Positions 49,269 to 59,027 are shown, counted from the stretch's first letter. The stretch is 64,000 nucleotides of DNA from a virus (IMGVR_UViG_3300035698_004085:1-64000), one strand, 5' to 3'. Notes: generated by a model from the sequence alone, not told the origin. Numbers and translations: made by a program.

Positions 49269-49297
49269 TTGACTTCTCTTATTTTTGGTGTTATGCT
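49269..49297 (+). promoter_or_regulatory. Sigma70-type promoter (TTGACT-N17-TATGCT, extended -10 TG)
   Basis: Exact 17 bp spacing, intergenic, upstream of the lipoprotein gene. Confidence 0.7.
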
Positions 49298-49337
49298 GTT
49301 ATTGTGAGGTTAAGAAAAACAATATGAGGAGGCTGCT

Positions 49338-50102
49338 ATGAGGTTTTTATTTGTAATTATTATAGTGTTGAGTTTGTTAGGCTGTCAGGCTTACGAGTCT
49401 CCGTCTTACTTTGATGAGGAAGATGCGGGGGCTGATACCGACACTGATACCGACACTGATACCGACACTGATACCGACACTGATACGGACACTGATGCCG
49501 ACACTGATGCCGACACTGATACGGACACTGATGCCGACACTGATACGGACACTGATACGGACACGGACACTGATACGGACACTGATACGGACACTGATAC
49601 GGACACTGATACGGACACTGATACCGTGCTGGGGTGTGACGACATTACTTGTTATTTATCTGAAGAAGATCCAGACGATATTGCTTTTTTTAAGATTGAA
49701 TGGCTGGATACGCATGATCCTTCATTTACTATTAGGCTGGAGAGGGGCGTATGTTCTCTTTCTGTTTATGGTGTCCCTGAGTGTGCTTATGCTACGGTAG
49801 AGATTGGGTGTGGAGAAGATCACTGGGCTTCTTATTGGACGTTTGATCATGGAGAGATGACAGACTACACTAAGGAAGAGCCGGGAGCGTGCTTGAGTAA
49901 AGATATTGAGCCTGTCGTAGGGTGTCACTCTACTCCAGAATTTCATATTCTTAATTGCATAGATGACGAAACCTTGGTAGAAATCTATTTTGTAGATCCA
50001 GGTCAGTGGGATACATTTGCTTGTGAGTATACCTATGCAGAAGACTATCACACCTGTCCAACTTCTTGTGTGTCTGACGGAGATTCTTCTTACTGCGTGT
50101 AA
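49338..50102 (+). CDS. Cys-rich lipoprotein with Asp-Thr repeat linker
   Basis: Signal peptide with LLGC lipobox; about 32 DT/DA dipeptides; Cys-rich C-terminal domain; SD GAGGAGG. Confidence 0.75.
   Translation: MRFLFVIIIVLSLLGCQAYESPSYFDEEDAGADTDTDTDTDTDTDTDTDTDTDADTDADTDTDTDADTDTDTDTDTDTDTDTDTDTDTDTDTDTDTVLGCDDITCYLSEEDPDDIAFFKIEWLDTHDPSFTIRLERGVCSLSVYGVPECAYATVEIGCGEDHWASYWTFDHGEMTDYTKEEPGACLSKDIEPVVGCHSTPEFHILNCIDDETLVEIYFVDPGQWDTFACEYTYAEDYHTCPTSCVSDGDSSYCV
49434..49625 (+). repeat. Tandem 6/12 bp coding repeat (GATACC/GATACG/GATGCC alternating with GACACT)
   Basis: 192 bp tandem array read directly from the sequence. Confidence 0.95.
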
Positions 50103-50110
50103 GAATCTCC

Positions 50111-50139
50111 TTGACATTCTTTAAAAAATGTAGTAGAGT
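50111..50139 (+). promoter_or_regulatory. Sigma70-type promoter (TTGACA-N17-TAGAGT)
   Basis: Perfect -35 box, 17 bp spacer, upstream of the replication genes. Confidence 0.7.
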
Positions 50140-50177
50140 GACTTAACAAATTTTAAAACCTTTTAAAGGAGGGCTTT

Positions 50178-51254
50178 ATGGCTAAAAAACAGAATGAATT
50201 GAGTGCTAACGAACTAGAAACTTTGGCGTGCGACTTATGCGGGTGGACAAATCCTAAGAATCCCAATGCTAGGGGTCTTAAGCGACACAAGACTACTAAC
50301 GATTGTTGGCCAAGTGATAGCGAGGAGCCTACGGAGGAGGTTACTGAGGAAACAGTTGAGGTGCCTGCTGAAGTGGCTCCAGAGTTCAAGGAAGCGCCTT
50401 CAGAAGTTCCTATTACTGCTATCCCCCCGGTTGTTGCTCCTCCTGTTGAAGAGCCTCCTATGCTGCCTTCAGTGATTCCTAGAGATTTGGGCATTAAAGA
50501 AATCACAGTAGGATCTATTGTTCATTTGACTGGTGAATATTGCAAGTTGGCTGCAGAAGGCACTGGCGCGGTAGAGATGGATGCTGAGGGAAACCCAACT
50601 ATCCTAAATCTTGTGGATATTCCTTGTGTAACTCGCAGCAATTTTGTTGATCCGGTTGGTCGTAGGTTTCTAACGGCTGATGCGCTTGATAGCTCTATTT
50701 CAGTAGTTTTCCTGGAAGAGATCATTTTGGACAGTAAAGATATGCTTAAGAAGCTGTATAAACCTGTTCCTGTGGCTCCTGTTGTAGAAGCTCCTGTTGT
50801 CAAGGCGGGTCCAACACCTGAAGAAATTGCTGCTAAACAAGAATTCTTTAAGGCTGTCTCAACTTATTTCGTCTCTAACGAAGCTAAGAAGGCGGCAGAG
50901 AAGTCTCATTCTAAAACAGATGCTGAGATGCGTGAGACAATTCTTGACTATCTTCAAGCACATGGCGCTGAGACTTCTGAGGGATCTGGTGACTCTTTAT
51001 TCAAGGAAGAAGGATACGAAGTGTTGTACTCCTATACTGAGGGACAACCTTTTGTAAACAGAGATGAAGAGAAGATCATTGAATATCTTAAGAGTAACTT
51101 CCCCTTCTGTCTCAAGCCTGTTATAGACTTTGACATGTGGGAGCAGCTTAAGAGTTCTGATTTGATTCCTGCTGAGTTTATCCGCGAAGTAGAGATTCCT
51201 GACCAGCGTAAGCCTGACCGTAGACTTTACGTAAAGTTTGATTCTTCTAAATAA
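50178..51254 (+). CDS. Hypothetical protein with N-terminal zinc-finger-like motif and P/E-rich linkers
   Basis: CDLCG...GLKRH....C; strong SD AAAGGAGGG. Confidence 0.55.
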   Translation: MAKKQNELSANELETLACDLCGWTNPKNPNARGLKRHKTTNDCWPSDSEEPTEEVTEETVEVPAEVAPEFKEAPSEVPITAIPPVVAPPVEEPPMLPSVIPRDLGIKEITVGSIVHLTGEYCKLAAEGTGAVEMDAEGNPTILNLVDIPCVTRSNFVDPVGRRFLTADALDSSISVVFLEEIILDSKDMLKKLYKPVPVAPVVEAPVVKAGPTPEEIAAKQEFFKAVSTYFVSNEAKKAAEKSHSKTDAEMRETILDYLQAHGAETSEGSGDSLFKEEGYEVLYSYTEGQPFVNRDEEKIIEYLKSNFPFCLKPVIDFDMWEQLKSSDLIPAEFIREVEIPDQRKPDRRLYVKFDSSK

Positions 51255-51278
51255 TTATTATTTCGTATATTAGGTAAT

Positions 51279-52736
51279 ATGTTGGATAAATCAATAGTTT
51301 TAGTCGATGGAGCTAACCTTGTGTACAGATCTGCTTTTGGAGGCGGTGAAACGTATGTGTGTCAGGGAACTGTCAGGTATTTATTCGAGATTTTAGACAG
51401 GTTTCCAGGCTCAGACGTTTTATTGTTTTTTGATGAGGGGAAAAGTAGAGTAAGGTATGCTGCTTATCCAGAGTATAAGGCTAATAGAGCTAAGCAAAAG
51501 GCTGAGTTAAACTGGGAAGAGATCAAACTTCAGGTTTTAAACGCTAGAAGGTATTTGTCTTATTTAGGAGTTAGGGATATTTCTTGTGTTGGGGTAGAAG
51601 CCGACGATTTAATTTCATGGTTTGCTGAATATTTCTCTTATAGTTATGACCGGGTTATTATTGCTAGCAGGGATAGAGACTTATGGCAGTTGATAAACGC
51701 TAAGGTTCACAGTTATGATCCATTTTCAGATTTGTTGGTAACGCCTGCTAATATTGTTTCAGAGTTTGGAGTAAGCCCAGATAAGATAACTGAGTTAAAA
51801 GCTCTTATGGGTGATTCTAGCGATAATTTAAAGGGAGTTCCTGGAGTTGGTTCAAAAACGGCTATTAAGCTTCTTGACCAATTTGGCGGAATTCCAGAAA
51901 TTTTAGATCCTAAAAATACTAAAGAATTGAGGAAGTCTAAGGTTTCCTCAAAGGTTTTGGATAATGTAGAAGAGCTTGAGATGTGTTATCAGCTAACTAA
52001 GTTGCCAACACTTTTCGAAGCACATTCTTATATTAACGAAGAAGAGTTCGAAAATATTAGGCAACATATTTTAAAAGTTGTAGAACCGAACGCTCTTTAT
52101 GCTCAGGTTGAAACGGAGGCACTGGGCATAACAACTCGAACGAGGTACCTTAACTCTCTTTCTGATGAGGTTAAGGGCTTACTACCTTTTTTGGAGAATC
52201 AGCCAGTACAAGACGTGTCTGGGCTTTCTCAGATAGATTCTGCCATAATGTCTTGTAATAGGTGTCCGTTAAGGAGTTTAGGACAGCCTGTTTTGCCTGA
52301 TGGCTATTCTGATGCTCAGATAATGGTTATTGGTAATAATGCTGTTGATGCTTCTTTGTTTACTAAGTTTTTTGAAGAGGTTGGTTTAACTTCTAGGGAT
52401 TGTTGGATAACGAATGCTTGTAAGTGTTCTTTTTCAGGCGGTATTCCAGTGTCTTATAGTGAGGTTCAAGCGTGTTCTCCTTATGTTGAGGCTGAGATTA
52501 AGATTTTAAAGCCAAGATTGATAATTGCTTTTGGAAATGAGGCTATGAGTCTTGTTACTCCTTATAAATCAGGGGTAGTAAGTCATTGTGGGGAAATTTT
52601 GAGGAATGAGTATCTTAATTGTTGGGTGGCTGTTATAACTCACCCTAACCACGCTAAGCGTGGGCAGAAGAATTTAACAGAATTTGAGTATGGCACTCAA
52701 AAGGTTAAAGAGTTTTTAGAAAAACGGAGGAATTAA
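51279..52736 (+). CDS. 5'-3' exonuclease (PolI N-terminal/FEN) fused to a family-4 uracil-DNA glycosylase-like domain
   Basis: LVDGANL..R, YPEYKANR, EADD, SRDRDL.QL, GDSSDN..GVPGVG.KTA; then CNRCPL, ITNACKC, AC.PY...EI...KP.LI...G..A and HP. Confidence 0.85.
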   Translation: MLDKSIVLVDGANLVYRSAFGGGETYVCQGTVRYLFEILDRFPGSDVLLFFDEGKSRVRYAAYPEYKANRAKQKAELNWEEIKLQVLNARRYLSYLGVRDISCVGVEADDLISWFAEYFSYSYDRVIIASRDRDLWQLINAKVHSYDPFSDLLVTPANIVSEFGVSPDKITELKALMGDSSDNLKGVPGVGSKTAIKLLDQFGGIPEILDPKNTKELRKSKVSSKVLDNVEELEMCYQLTKLPTLFEAHSYINEEEFENIRQHILKVVEPNALYAQVETEALGITTRTRYLNSLSDEVKGLLPFLENQPVQDVSGLSQIDSAIMSCNRCPLRSLGQPVLPDGYSDAQIMVIGNNAVDASLFTKFFEEVGLTSRDCWITNACKCSFSGGIPVSYSEVQACSPYVEAEIKILKPRLIIAFGNEAMSLVTPYKSGVVSHCGEILRNEYLNCWVAVITHPNHAKRGQKNLTEFEYGTQKVKEFLEKRRN

Positions 52737-52737
52737 A

Positions 52738-52992
52738 ATGAGTTCATCAAGTAGCAGTAGTTCGTCGAGTAGCAGTAGTGCAAGTAGTGGAGGTATTGGT
52801 CTTTTAGGGGCTACTTTTATTGCGTTTTTAGTTTTGAAGCTGTGTGGAGTTATTTCGTGGTCTTGGTGGTGGGTTACGGCTCCTTTGTGGGGAGGCGTTG
52901 CTCTAGTCTTGGGCATTATACTTGTTGTCTTTGTTTTTGTGGGTTTGTTCAAGCTTATTACTAGCGCATCAAGGGGCGATAATAGGTATTAG
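52738..52992 (+). CDS. Small membrane protein (common phage LKL.GVI.WSWWWV.APLW family)
   Basis: Poly-Ser N-terminus and the family signature motif. Confidence 0.75.
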   Translation: MSSSSSSSSSSSSSASSGGIGLLGATFIAFLVLKLCGVISWSWWWVTAPLWGGVALVLGIILVVFVFVGLFKLITSASRGDNRY

Positions 52993-53024
52993 CTTTTAAT
53001 ATTAGTTAGCTAACGGAGTAACAA

Positions 53025-53228
53025 ATGACTAAATTGATACAATGGACAAGTGTAGATGATGAGATGCCTGATGATTGGGAGGAGGTTCTTGTGTGGGTGA
53101 TTTCTGAAAGTGGAGGTACTAGCTATACTGAGTCATGGATGGACGCTAATGATGGTAGGTGGGCTATGGGATCTGCAAAGAACTTTACCGTAACTCACTG
53201 GGTTAGAGTTGAAGATCCGAATCAGTAA
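53025..53228 (+). CDS. DUF551-like protein
   Basis: WTSVDDEMP...VLV...VTHW motif. Confidence 0.7.
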   Translation: MTKLIQWTSVDDEMPDDWEEVLVWVISESGGTSYTESWMDANDGRWAMGSAKNFTVTHWVRVEDPNQ

Positions 53229-53240
53229 GAGGAGACTGTT

Positions 53241-53420
53241 ATGGAAACTGTGATGGAAACTGAGAGACTGGCAGATATAATAGCTCAAGCTGATGAACGA
53301 CCACAGAAAGGTGCTTGGGCACCCGGTAACTATCTGAATGAGTGTGACCAATGCGGTTTTACCTTTGTTGGTGATAAAAGATCTTATACCTGTGCAGATT
53401 GTGCTTATAAAAGTGAATAG
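53241..53420 (+). CDS. Small zinc-ribbon protein (59 aa, not in ORF track)
   Basis: SD GAGGAG; WAPGNY...CDQC...F.GDKR...CADCA. Confidence 0.7.
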   Translation: METVMETERLADIIAQADERPQKGAWAPGNYLNECDQCGFTFVGDKRSYTCADCAYKSE

Positions 53421-53426
53421 GACAAA

Positions 53427-53840
53427 ATGACTAAAGACTTATTTGACGATCATTATACGAGTCAGAAGATAGAGCCAATTGACGTTCAAGAGCAAATCAT
53501 GAGGGAGTTAAAGAATGTTCCTCCAGATGTTCGTCATTTGCTTGGACATGTGATTCGTTATGTTATGCGAGCTGGTAATAAGAATGGAGATCCGTATAAA
53601 AAAGACTTGACAAAAGCTTATAATTATTTGCATAGGGCTATTAACGGCTGTTGGGTTGATGAGGGTGATGAGTCTAGTAAGCAGCTGTTAGTTGAGCAGC
53701 TTAGCGAGCTTAGGGAGACGCCAGGACTTAGCGCTACTGAAATTTTGGATAGAGTAACTAGGGGCGTTCCTAAAAATCTTAAGCCTAGTGAGGATAAGGT
53801 GACTCCTAAATCACCAGATGAGTTTGGTGTACATCTTTAG
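53427..53840 (+). CDS. DUF3310 (SaV-like) protein
   Basis: HY....IEPID, LG.VIRYV.RAG.K and DL.KA..YL motifs. Confidence 0.75.
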   Translation: MTKDLFDDHYTSQKIEPIDVQEQIMRELKNVPPDVRHLLGHVIRYVMRAGNKNGDPYKKDLTKAYNYLHRAINGCWVDEGDESSKQLLVEQLSELRETPGLSATEILDRVTRGVPKNLKPSEDKVTPKSPDEFGVHL

Positions 53841-53842
53841 TT

Positions 53843-54268
53843 ATGACAGCCAGATTAATATTTCAAATAGGTTTTACCAAGAATCGGAAAATGTCTCAGT
53901 CAATTAAGGCATTACTGAACGATGAGGAAGTTAGTTGGTCAACCGATGACGGAAAATATTTAACAAGTAACAAAGATCGCGTTTATAAGAATACTATTTG
54001 GCACATGGCTGATCGTGAATTAGCTCCTGACGATGTTTTAAAAATAGAGGTTAAGACTTATTTGACAGGAGTTGGTAAAGACGAGGAGAGAACGTATACA
54101 GCGTTTTATTATGCTGATGAAGATTCTCCAGTTAGGGAACACAACGTTAAGGGAGTTGGTCATAAAGGTTATCCGCTTCTCAAGGGTAGGTTTCAAGAGG
54201 TTGCAGCGGTTTATGAAGAGGATAAAAGATTGGGCGAAATACAAGACTTTATAAATAGGGAGTTTTAA
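53843..54268 (+). CDS. Hypothetical protein
   Basis: 141 aa ORF in the operon. Confidence 0.6.
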   Translation: MTARLIFQIGFTKNRKMSQSIKALLNDEEVSWSTDDGKYLTSNKDRVYKNTIWHMADRELAPDDVLKIEVKTYLTGVGKDEERTYTAFYYADEDSPVREHNVKGVGHKGYPLLKGRFQEVAAVYEEDKRLGEIQDFINREF

Positions 54269-54280
54269 GAGGAGTAAATT

Positions 54281-54868
54281 TTGAAAGTAAGCTTTGAAAG
54301 ACTAACTGAACCTAGTATGATGTTGGCAGCTATGCGTACAACTCAAGGTAAAGACATGTTTAAAAAGAAGGACCCTGAACTGGAGACTTACTATAAGATG
54401 CTTTTAAGCGAGCATTCGACAAGTAGGGTTATGAAATATAGGGTTTATATCGAGGATATTCCTTATTATGTCTCTACTCATTTGGTTAGGCACTCTATTG
54501 GAGTTGATCACTATGTTTTGAGCCAGAGAGACGATGATGGAACAATGGAGATAACGGAGAGAGATAGTTATCCTCAAGGGAAGCTCCTCAACATGGTTAT
54601 GGACTTGAATGCACAAGCTATGATTTCAATAGCAAGAAAACGTCTGTGTCACAATGCTCATAAAACCGCTCAAGATGTTATTAAGAAATTAAAATGTAGT
54701 TTAAGGTATGACGGAGACGAATATGATAGAGTTCTTGGTAATTTGCTGATGCGACCTTGTTCTTGGTTTATGGGTTATTGTTCTGAGCCAAAGGGTTGTG
54801 GGAGAGTTCCAGGAGTTAAAAAACTCTCAGATATTCATATGAAAGCATTGGAGGTGCCAGATGAATAG
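54281..54868 (+). CDS. thyX: Flavin-dependent thymidylate synthase-like protein
   Basis: EHS, IPYYVSTHLVRH...SQR, LN and RKRLC motifs; TTG start after GAGGAG. Confidence 0.7.
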   Translation: MKVSFERLTEPSMMLAAMRTTQGKDMFKKKDPELETYYKMLLSEHSTSRVMKYRVYIEDIPYYVSTHLVRHSIGVDHYVLSQRDDDGTMEITERDSYPQGKLLNMVMDLNAQAMISIARKRLCHNAHKTAQDVIKKLKCSLRYDGDEYDRVLGNLLMRPCSWFMGYCSEPKGCGRVPGVKKLSDIHMKALEVPDE

Positions 54869-55064
54869 AGATAAAAGCTATGATGAGGGATATGACGATG
54901 GTTACGATGAGGGGCAAAAAGAGTTCTTTAATGATAACACTGGCGGCGTAATTGGTTTGGCTGAGCTGTTAAAAGAGTATGTCGGCTTAAGCTCATATAA
55001 GTTAGATGAACTAGCTGAAGAATTGTTTATTGCTTTTGACGGAAAACTAGGAAAGCTTAAATAG
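54861..55064 (+). CDS. Small hypothetical protein (YDEGY repeats)
   Basis: 67 aa; SD GGAGG; 8 nt overlap with the previous gene. Confidence 0.6.
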   Translation: MNRDKSYDEGYDDGYDEGQKEFFNDNTGGVIGLAELLKEYVGLSSYKLDELAEELFIAFDGKLGKLK

Positions 55065-57938
55065 ATGATTGCACTAGAATCGCATGGAGATAAATTTGTG
55101 GTATCTTTAGATAAGAACCATGAGTATTATACTCGTGCGTATATAGCAATGAGGTCTTTGTTAACTGTCCAAGAATTGCCCAACGATAAATGGGCAATGG
55201 GCTATGATGATCTAGTTTCGTTTAAGAGCAAATTAGATTCTCTTGGCTTAGTTGACGGACGAACGATGAATGAAAGCGCTTTACAACTTGCTTCTCAATA
55301 TCAAGCTCTTCAAAAACGAAATGAAGATATTAAAAATGGAGTGCATAACGAGTATATAGAGTCTTTGATAAAAGGTAAGTTGAAGACAACTCCTTATAAG
55401 GATCAAGTAACAGGAATCTCCTATTTAGTCAATAATAGAAGAGCGGGAATGTTCTCAAGCATGGGAATTGGGAAAGCTCAGCCTCTTGATGCTAAAATTC
55501 TTACTCCTACGGGTTGGAAGCTTATGGGGCAGATGAAGGTCAAGGATAGAGTTATAAACTCAAAGGGTAAGATCTCTAGGGTAACGGGAGTATTTCCTCA
55601 AGGAATTAAAGCTATTTATAGAGTTACTTTTACGGATGGGTCAAGTACGGAATGCTGTGAAGACCATTTGTGGAAGGTTCAGACTCCTAGAGAGAGGGCG
55701 AGTGGGTATCCTTCGCGTATCATTCCGCTTAAAGACTTTAAAGATGATTTGGTTTATGGTAGTGGTAATAGAAAGCGCTTTATTCCTATAGTTAACCCTG
55801 TAGATTTTGTTGAGAAACAGAAATTACCTTTACACCCTTACGTTTTAGGGTGCTTACTGGGAGATGGAGGGTTGTCTACTGAAAGTAGGGTGGGGTTTAC
55901 TTCTATAGACCGTGAGATTATTGATGCTATTAATAGTTTTCTTCCAGATAACCACTCTTTAAAGTTTAGGAAGGGTACTGAGTGTGATTATGCGATTACT
56001 CGTGACGATGTTAGGAAAAAGGGTGGTAATTTTGTTTTATCTGCTTTGCGGCTCTTATCTTTGCACGGAGTAAAGTCTGATACAAAGTTCATACCTGATA
56101 TGTATAAATTTAGTTCAGTTTCTTCTAGGATGTCTTTGTTGCAAGGATTGTTAGACACAGACGGAAGTGTTTCTGTTAATTCTTGTATTGAGTATACTTC
56201 AGTGTCTGAGAGACTGGCAGATGGTGTGTCTTTTCTTGTTAGATCTCTGGGCGGAAAAGCTACTAAGAATTCTAGGATTCCTACGTTTACGTATAAGGGC
56301 ATAAAGAAGAAGAGGGCTTACCGCATACATATATCGATGGCTGGGTATTTTCCGCCGTTTAAGCTTTCCCGTAAGGCTGAGGCATGGAGTCCGAGAACTA
56401 AGTATCCACCAGCTAGAGCTTTTAAATCTGTTGAATTTGTGGGTAGAAAAGAAGCTCAGTGTATTTCAGTAGATGCAAAGGATCATTTGTATGTTACTGA
56501 TGACTTCATTTTGACTCATAATACGATTCAGGCTTTGGGATCTGTTGTTTCTTTAAGCGATGAAGTTAAAAAGACTTTGGTAATTGCTCCAAAAAGCGTG
56601 CTATCTGGGTTTGCTAATGAGATTGAAAAGCATACGTATCTCAGCTCTATTACTATTCCTCCAGGAAGAAAGCCTAGCTTAAAGTTCTTACAGGATAATA
56701 AGCACGGTAATTGGGATATGCTTTTAGTACACCCTGAAAACCTTATTGGATCGTCTAAAAGAGAAACGTATGGAGACATTACAAAACTTTTAAAGACTAT
56801 GCGTTTTGATATGGTAATTGTAGATGAGTTCCACCAATATAAGAATCTTTCAGCCAAGAGAACTAAATGCGTTTTATCATTATTAGCAGAACTCCGAGAT
56901 AATAAAAAACAATTACCAAGAGCTGTATTAATGACTGGTACTCCTGTTTCTGAATCTCCATTAAATGCCTATACTGTCTTACATATTTTAAGTACAGATG
57001 TTTTACCGCACGTTGATAGGTTTGAGAATTACTTTACGATTAAGGATTCTTTTGATATTCGGCAGAAGAATAAGAGGACTGGAAGATTTCAGACAATAAC
57101 TGTTCAGAAGGTAAAAGGGTATAAAAATCTAGGCGAACTCAAGCAACGGCTAGAAAGAGTCTCTATCAGGCGCACTAAGGATGATATGGAGGGCTTCCCA
57201 GACCAAGTGTTTACTACTAGGTCAGTAGAGCTTAAAGGCAATCAGAAGGCTCTTTATAAGACGGTATGCGGAGAAGTAGTTGAGTCTTTATCTCAGTCGA
57301 GTAAGATCAATCTCACCAATTTCTTTTCTTCAGCTAGTGCGGTTAGGCTTAGGCAGCTTTTAAACCATCCTCAATTTTTGGATGAAAAAGGAACTTCTGC
57401 TAAGTATGATGAAATTGATATTATTTTAGAAGAGCTTTTTTCAGATCCTGAACAGAAAGTTGTGTTATGGACTGAATATAGAAAAGCGGTTGATCTTATT
57501 TATGATCGGTGGAACGAGAAATATGGAGTAGTTAAGCTCTATGGTGGAGTTGACATTACTAACGAACTAGCCAATTCTTTTGAGTCAGATGGTGGTCCAA
57601 GGATTGCGGCTTCGATTGCCGCCAAAGTAGGGACAGGGGTTGACTTTTTAGCAAGGGCAAGAACTGCTATTTATATTGATAGACCTTATTCGTTTACGCA
57701 GTATAAACAGTCAATTGACCGGATTCATAGGAGAGTAAAAACGACTGGAGAACTTTCTAAGCTAGACAGGATAAGATCTCAACCAGCGACTATTATTTAT
57801 CTTGACGTTCCTGACTCAATAGACGAGCTGGTTAAGGTAAAGTTATACGGTAAGCAAGAAGTGGCTGACGCTTTAACGATTGAAGATAGTAAGTTAGTAA
57901 CTATGGGTAAGTCTGCTCTATTAAGGTATTTGAGGTAA
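55065..57938 (+). CDS. SNF2-family helicase with intein (about 608 aa after splicing)
   Basis: MGIGK|T Walker A split by an intein; VIAPKS, VDEFH, MTGTP, RRTK, LRQ..NHP and QSIDRIHR motifs. Confidence 0.9.
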   Translation: MIALESHGDKFVVSLDKNHEYYTRAYIAMRSLLTVQELPNDKWAMGYDDLVSFKSKLDSLGLVDGRTMNESALQLASQYQALQKRNEDIKNGVHNEYIESLIKGKLKTTPYKDQVTGISYLVNNRRAGMFSSMGIGKAQPLDAKILTPTGWKLMGQMKVKDRVINSKGKISRVTGVFPQGIKAIYRVTFTDGSSTECCEDHLWKVQTPRERASGYPSRIIPLKDFKDDLVYGSGNRKRFIPIVNPVDFVEKQKLPLHPYVLGCLLGDGGLSTESRVGFTSIDREIIDAINSFLPDNHSLKFRKGTECDYAITRDDVRKKGGNFVLSALRLLSLHGVKSDTKFIPDMYKFSSVSSRMSLLQGLLDTDGSVSVNSCIEYTSVSERLADGVSFLVRSLGGKATKNSRIPTFTYKGIKKKRAYRIHISMAGYFPPFKLSRKAEAWSPRTKYPPARAFKSVEFVGRKEAQCISVDAKDHLYVTDDFILTHNTIQALGSVVSLSDEVKKTLVIAPKSVLSGFANEIEKHTYLSSITIPPGRKPSLKFLQDNKHGNWDMLLVHPENLIGSSKRETYGDITKLLKTMRFDMVIVDEFHQYKNLSAKRTKCVLSLLAELRDNKKQLPRAVLMTGTPVSESPLNAYTVLHILSTDVLPHVDRFENYFTIKDSFDIRQKNKRTGRFQTITVQKVKGYKNLGELKQRLERVSIRRTKDDMEGFPDQVFTTRSVELKGNQKALYKTVCGEVVESLSQSSKINLTNFFSSASAVRLRQLLNHPQFLDEKGTSAKYDEIDIILEELFSDPEQKVVLWTEYRKAVDLIYDRWNEKYGVVKLYGGVDITNELANSFESDGGPRIAASIAAKVGTGVDFLARARTAIYIDRPYSFTQYKQSIDRIHRRVKTTGELSKLDRIRSQPATIIYLDVPDSIDELVKVKLYGKQEVADALTIEDSKLVTMGKSALLRYLR
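55476..56522 (+). mobile_element. Class 3 (Ala1, WCT) intein with LAGLIDADG endonuclease (349 aa)
   Basis: Starts AQPLDAKILTPTGW; block B DHLW; block F QCISV; ends LTHN followed by Thr; LGCLLGDG and LQGLLDTDG. Confidence 0.9.
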
Positions 57939-57941
57939 TAC

Positions 57942-59027
57942 ATGGTAGATATAACGATGTTGTTGGGTAAGTCTAGCGCCGCCGATATTAATAGAAAGCT
58001 AACAAGAGACGAGGAGAACTATCTTATCAGAATATCAAGGAAGTTTTGGAGCTATTTTGGGTATACGGGATTGCTAGACCCTTGGCATGATGAGCCTAGA
58101 CCTTTTTTGAAAAGTTCTTCTAAAAAACTTTCTGAAACCCTTAAGTTTTCAGAAGTGGAAGATATAAGCTTGTCAGCCTACTGTATAATTATGTTGACTT
58201 TGGCTCCCTATACAAGGTTTAGCACTGTTGGTCAATGGTTTTCTAATTCTGTTGATGGAACTTGGGTAAAAAAACTGAGAAAGCATGCTGGTTCTATGGA
58301 TATGATGGATGAGCTGTCTTATTTGCTTTTGATTTTTATGGAGCTTCAGATTGAGCATAGTGGTAAGGCTTCATTATCCAGGAGCAGTATTGTAAAAGAT
58401 AGATATGCAGGAAAAGTAAAAGGAAAGGCTAAAACGGAGAAGTATTTAGAAGCTTATCACGGAATGGTTGATAGGGTTTCTCAACTGCAGAGTAAGGATA
58501 TTGATCCTGAGTTATGGCTTAGGGCAAAGTTTAAGAAAGCGATTGAGGCTTTTCCTGATAAGCAGGTTCCTCTTAGAACAATAACTAATTTGAACGGACT
58601 AGAGCCAAACATTCAACAGCTTCAGGCGCAAGCTCATGATCCTTGGAGAGAGCTTAGAGGGTTGTTAGGCTTGTCTTTTGAGTGTGAGTTTCCTGATGGT
58701 TACATTCCTAAGGGCTGGGGCGTTTCTTCGGACGATAGAGACGATGTTAAGAGAATAACTAAGATTTTGGGAGATGGGTATTACTATTATGAGGATGGGA
58801 CGCAACGTAGAGGAAAGCGTCATTATGCTTCAAATAGTTATTTTGTGATTAAGTGTGACCCTGAGAACTTTCATTTATTTAGAGATAAGTGGTTTGATCC
58901 GAGGTATTTGGCTGAGTCTCCAACTTGGATGGAGTACAATACTTACGCATCAAAACCTGGATTGTGGGATGAAAAAGGTGCATCAACAAACGGACGCGGT
59001 AAGTCGGTTAAATGGAGGAAGAAATAA
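57942..59027 (+). CDS. Hypothetical protein in replication cluster
   Basis: 361 aa ORF, no motif recognised. Confidence 0.6.
   Translation: MVDITMLLGKSSAADINRKLTRDEENYLIRISRKFWSYFGYTGLLDPWHDEPRPFLKSSSKKLSETLKFSEVEDISLSAYCIIMLTLAPYTRFSTVGQWFSNSVDGTWVKKLRKHAGSMDMMDELSYLLLIFMELQIEHSGKASLSRSSIVKDRYAGKVKGKAKTEKYLEAYHGMVDRVSQLQSKDIDPELWLRAKFKKAIEAFPDKQVPLRTITNLNGLEPNIQQLQAQAHDPWRELRGLLGLSFECEFPDGYIPKGWGVSSDDRDDVKRITKILGDGYYYYEDGTQRRGKRHYASNSYFVIKCDPENFHLFRDKWFDPRYLAESPTWMEYNTYASKPGLWDEKGASTNGRGKSVKWRKK

Noticed and set aside
49434-49625. Tandem repeat as a CRISPR array
   Set aside because: 6/12 bp units without unique spacers, in frame inside a lipoprotein gene; no cas genes in the window.
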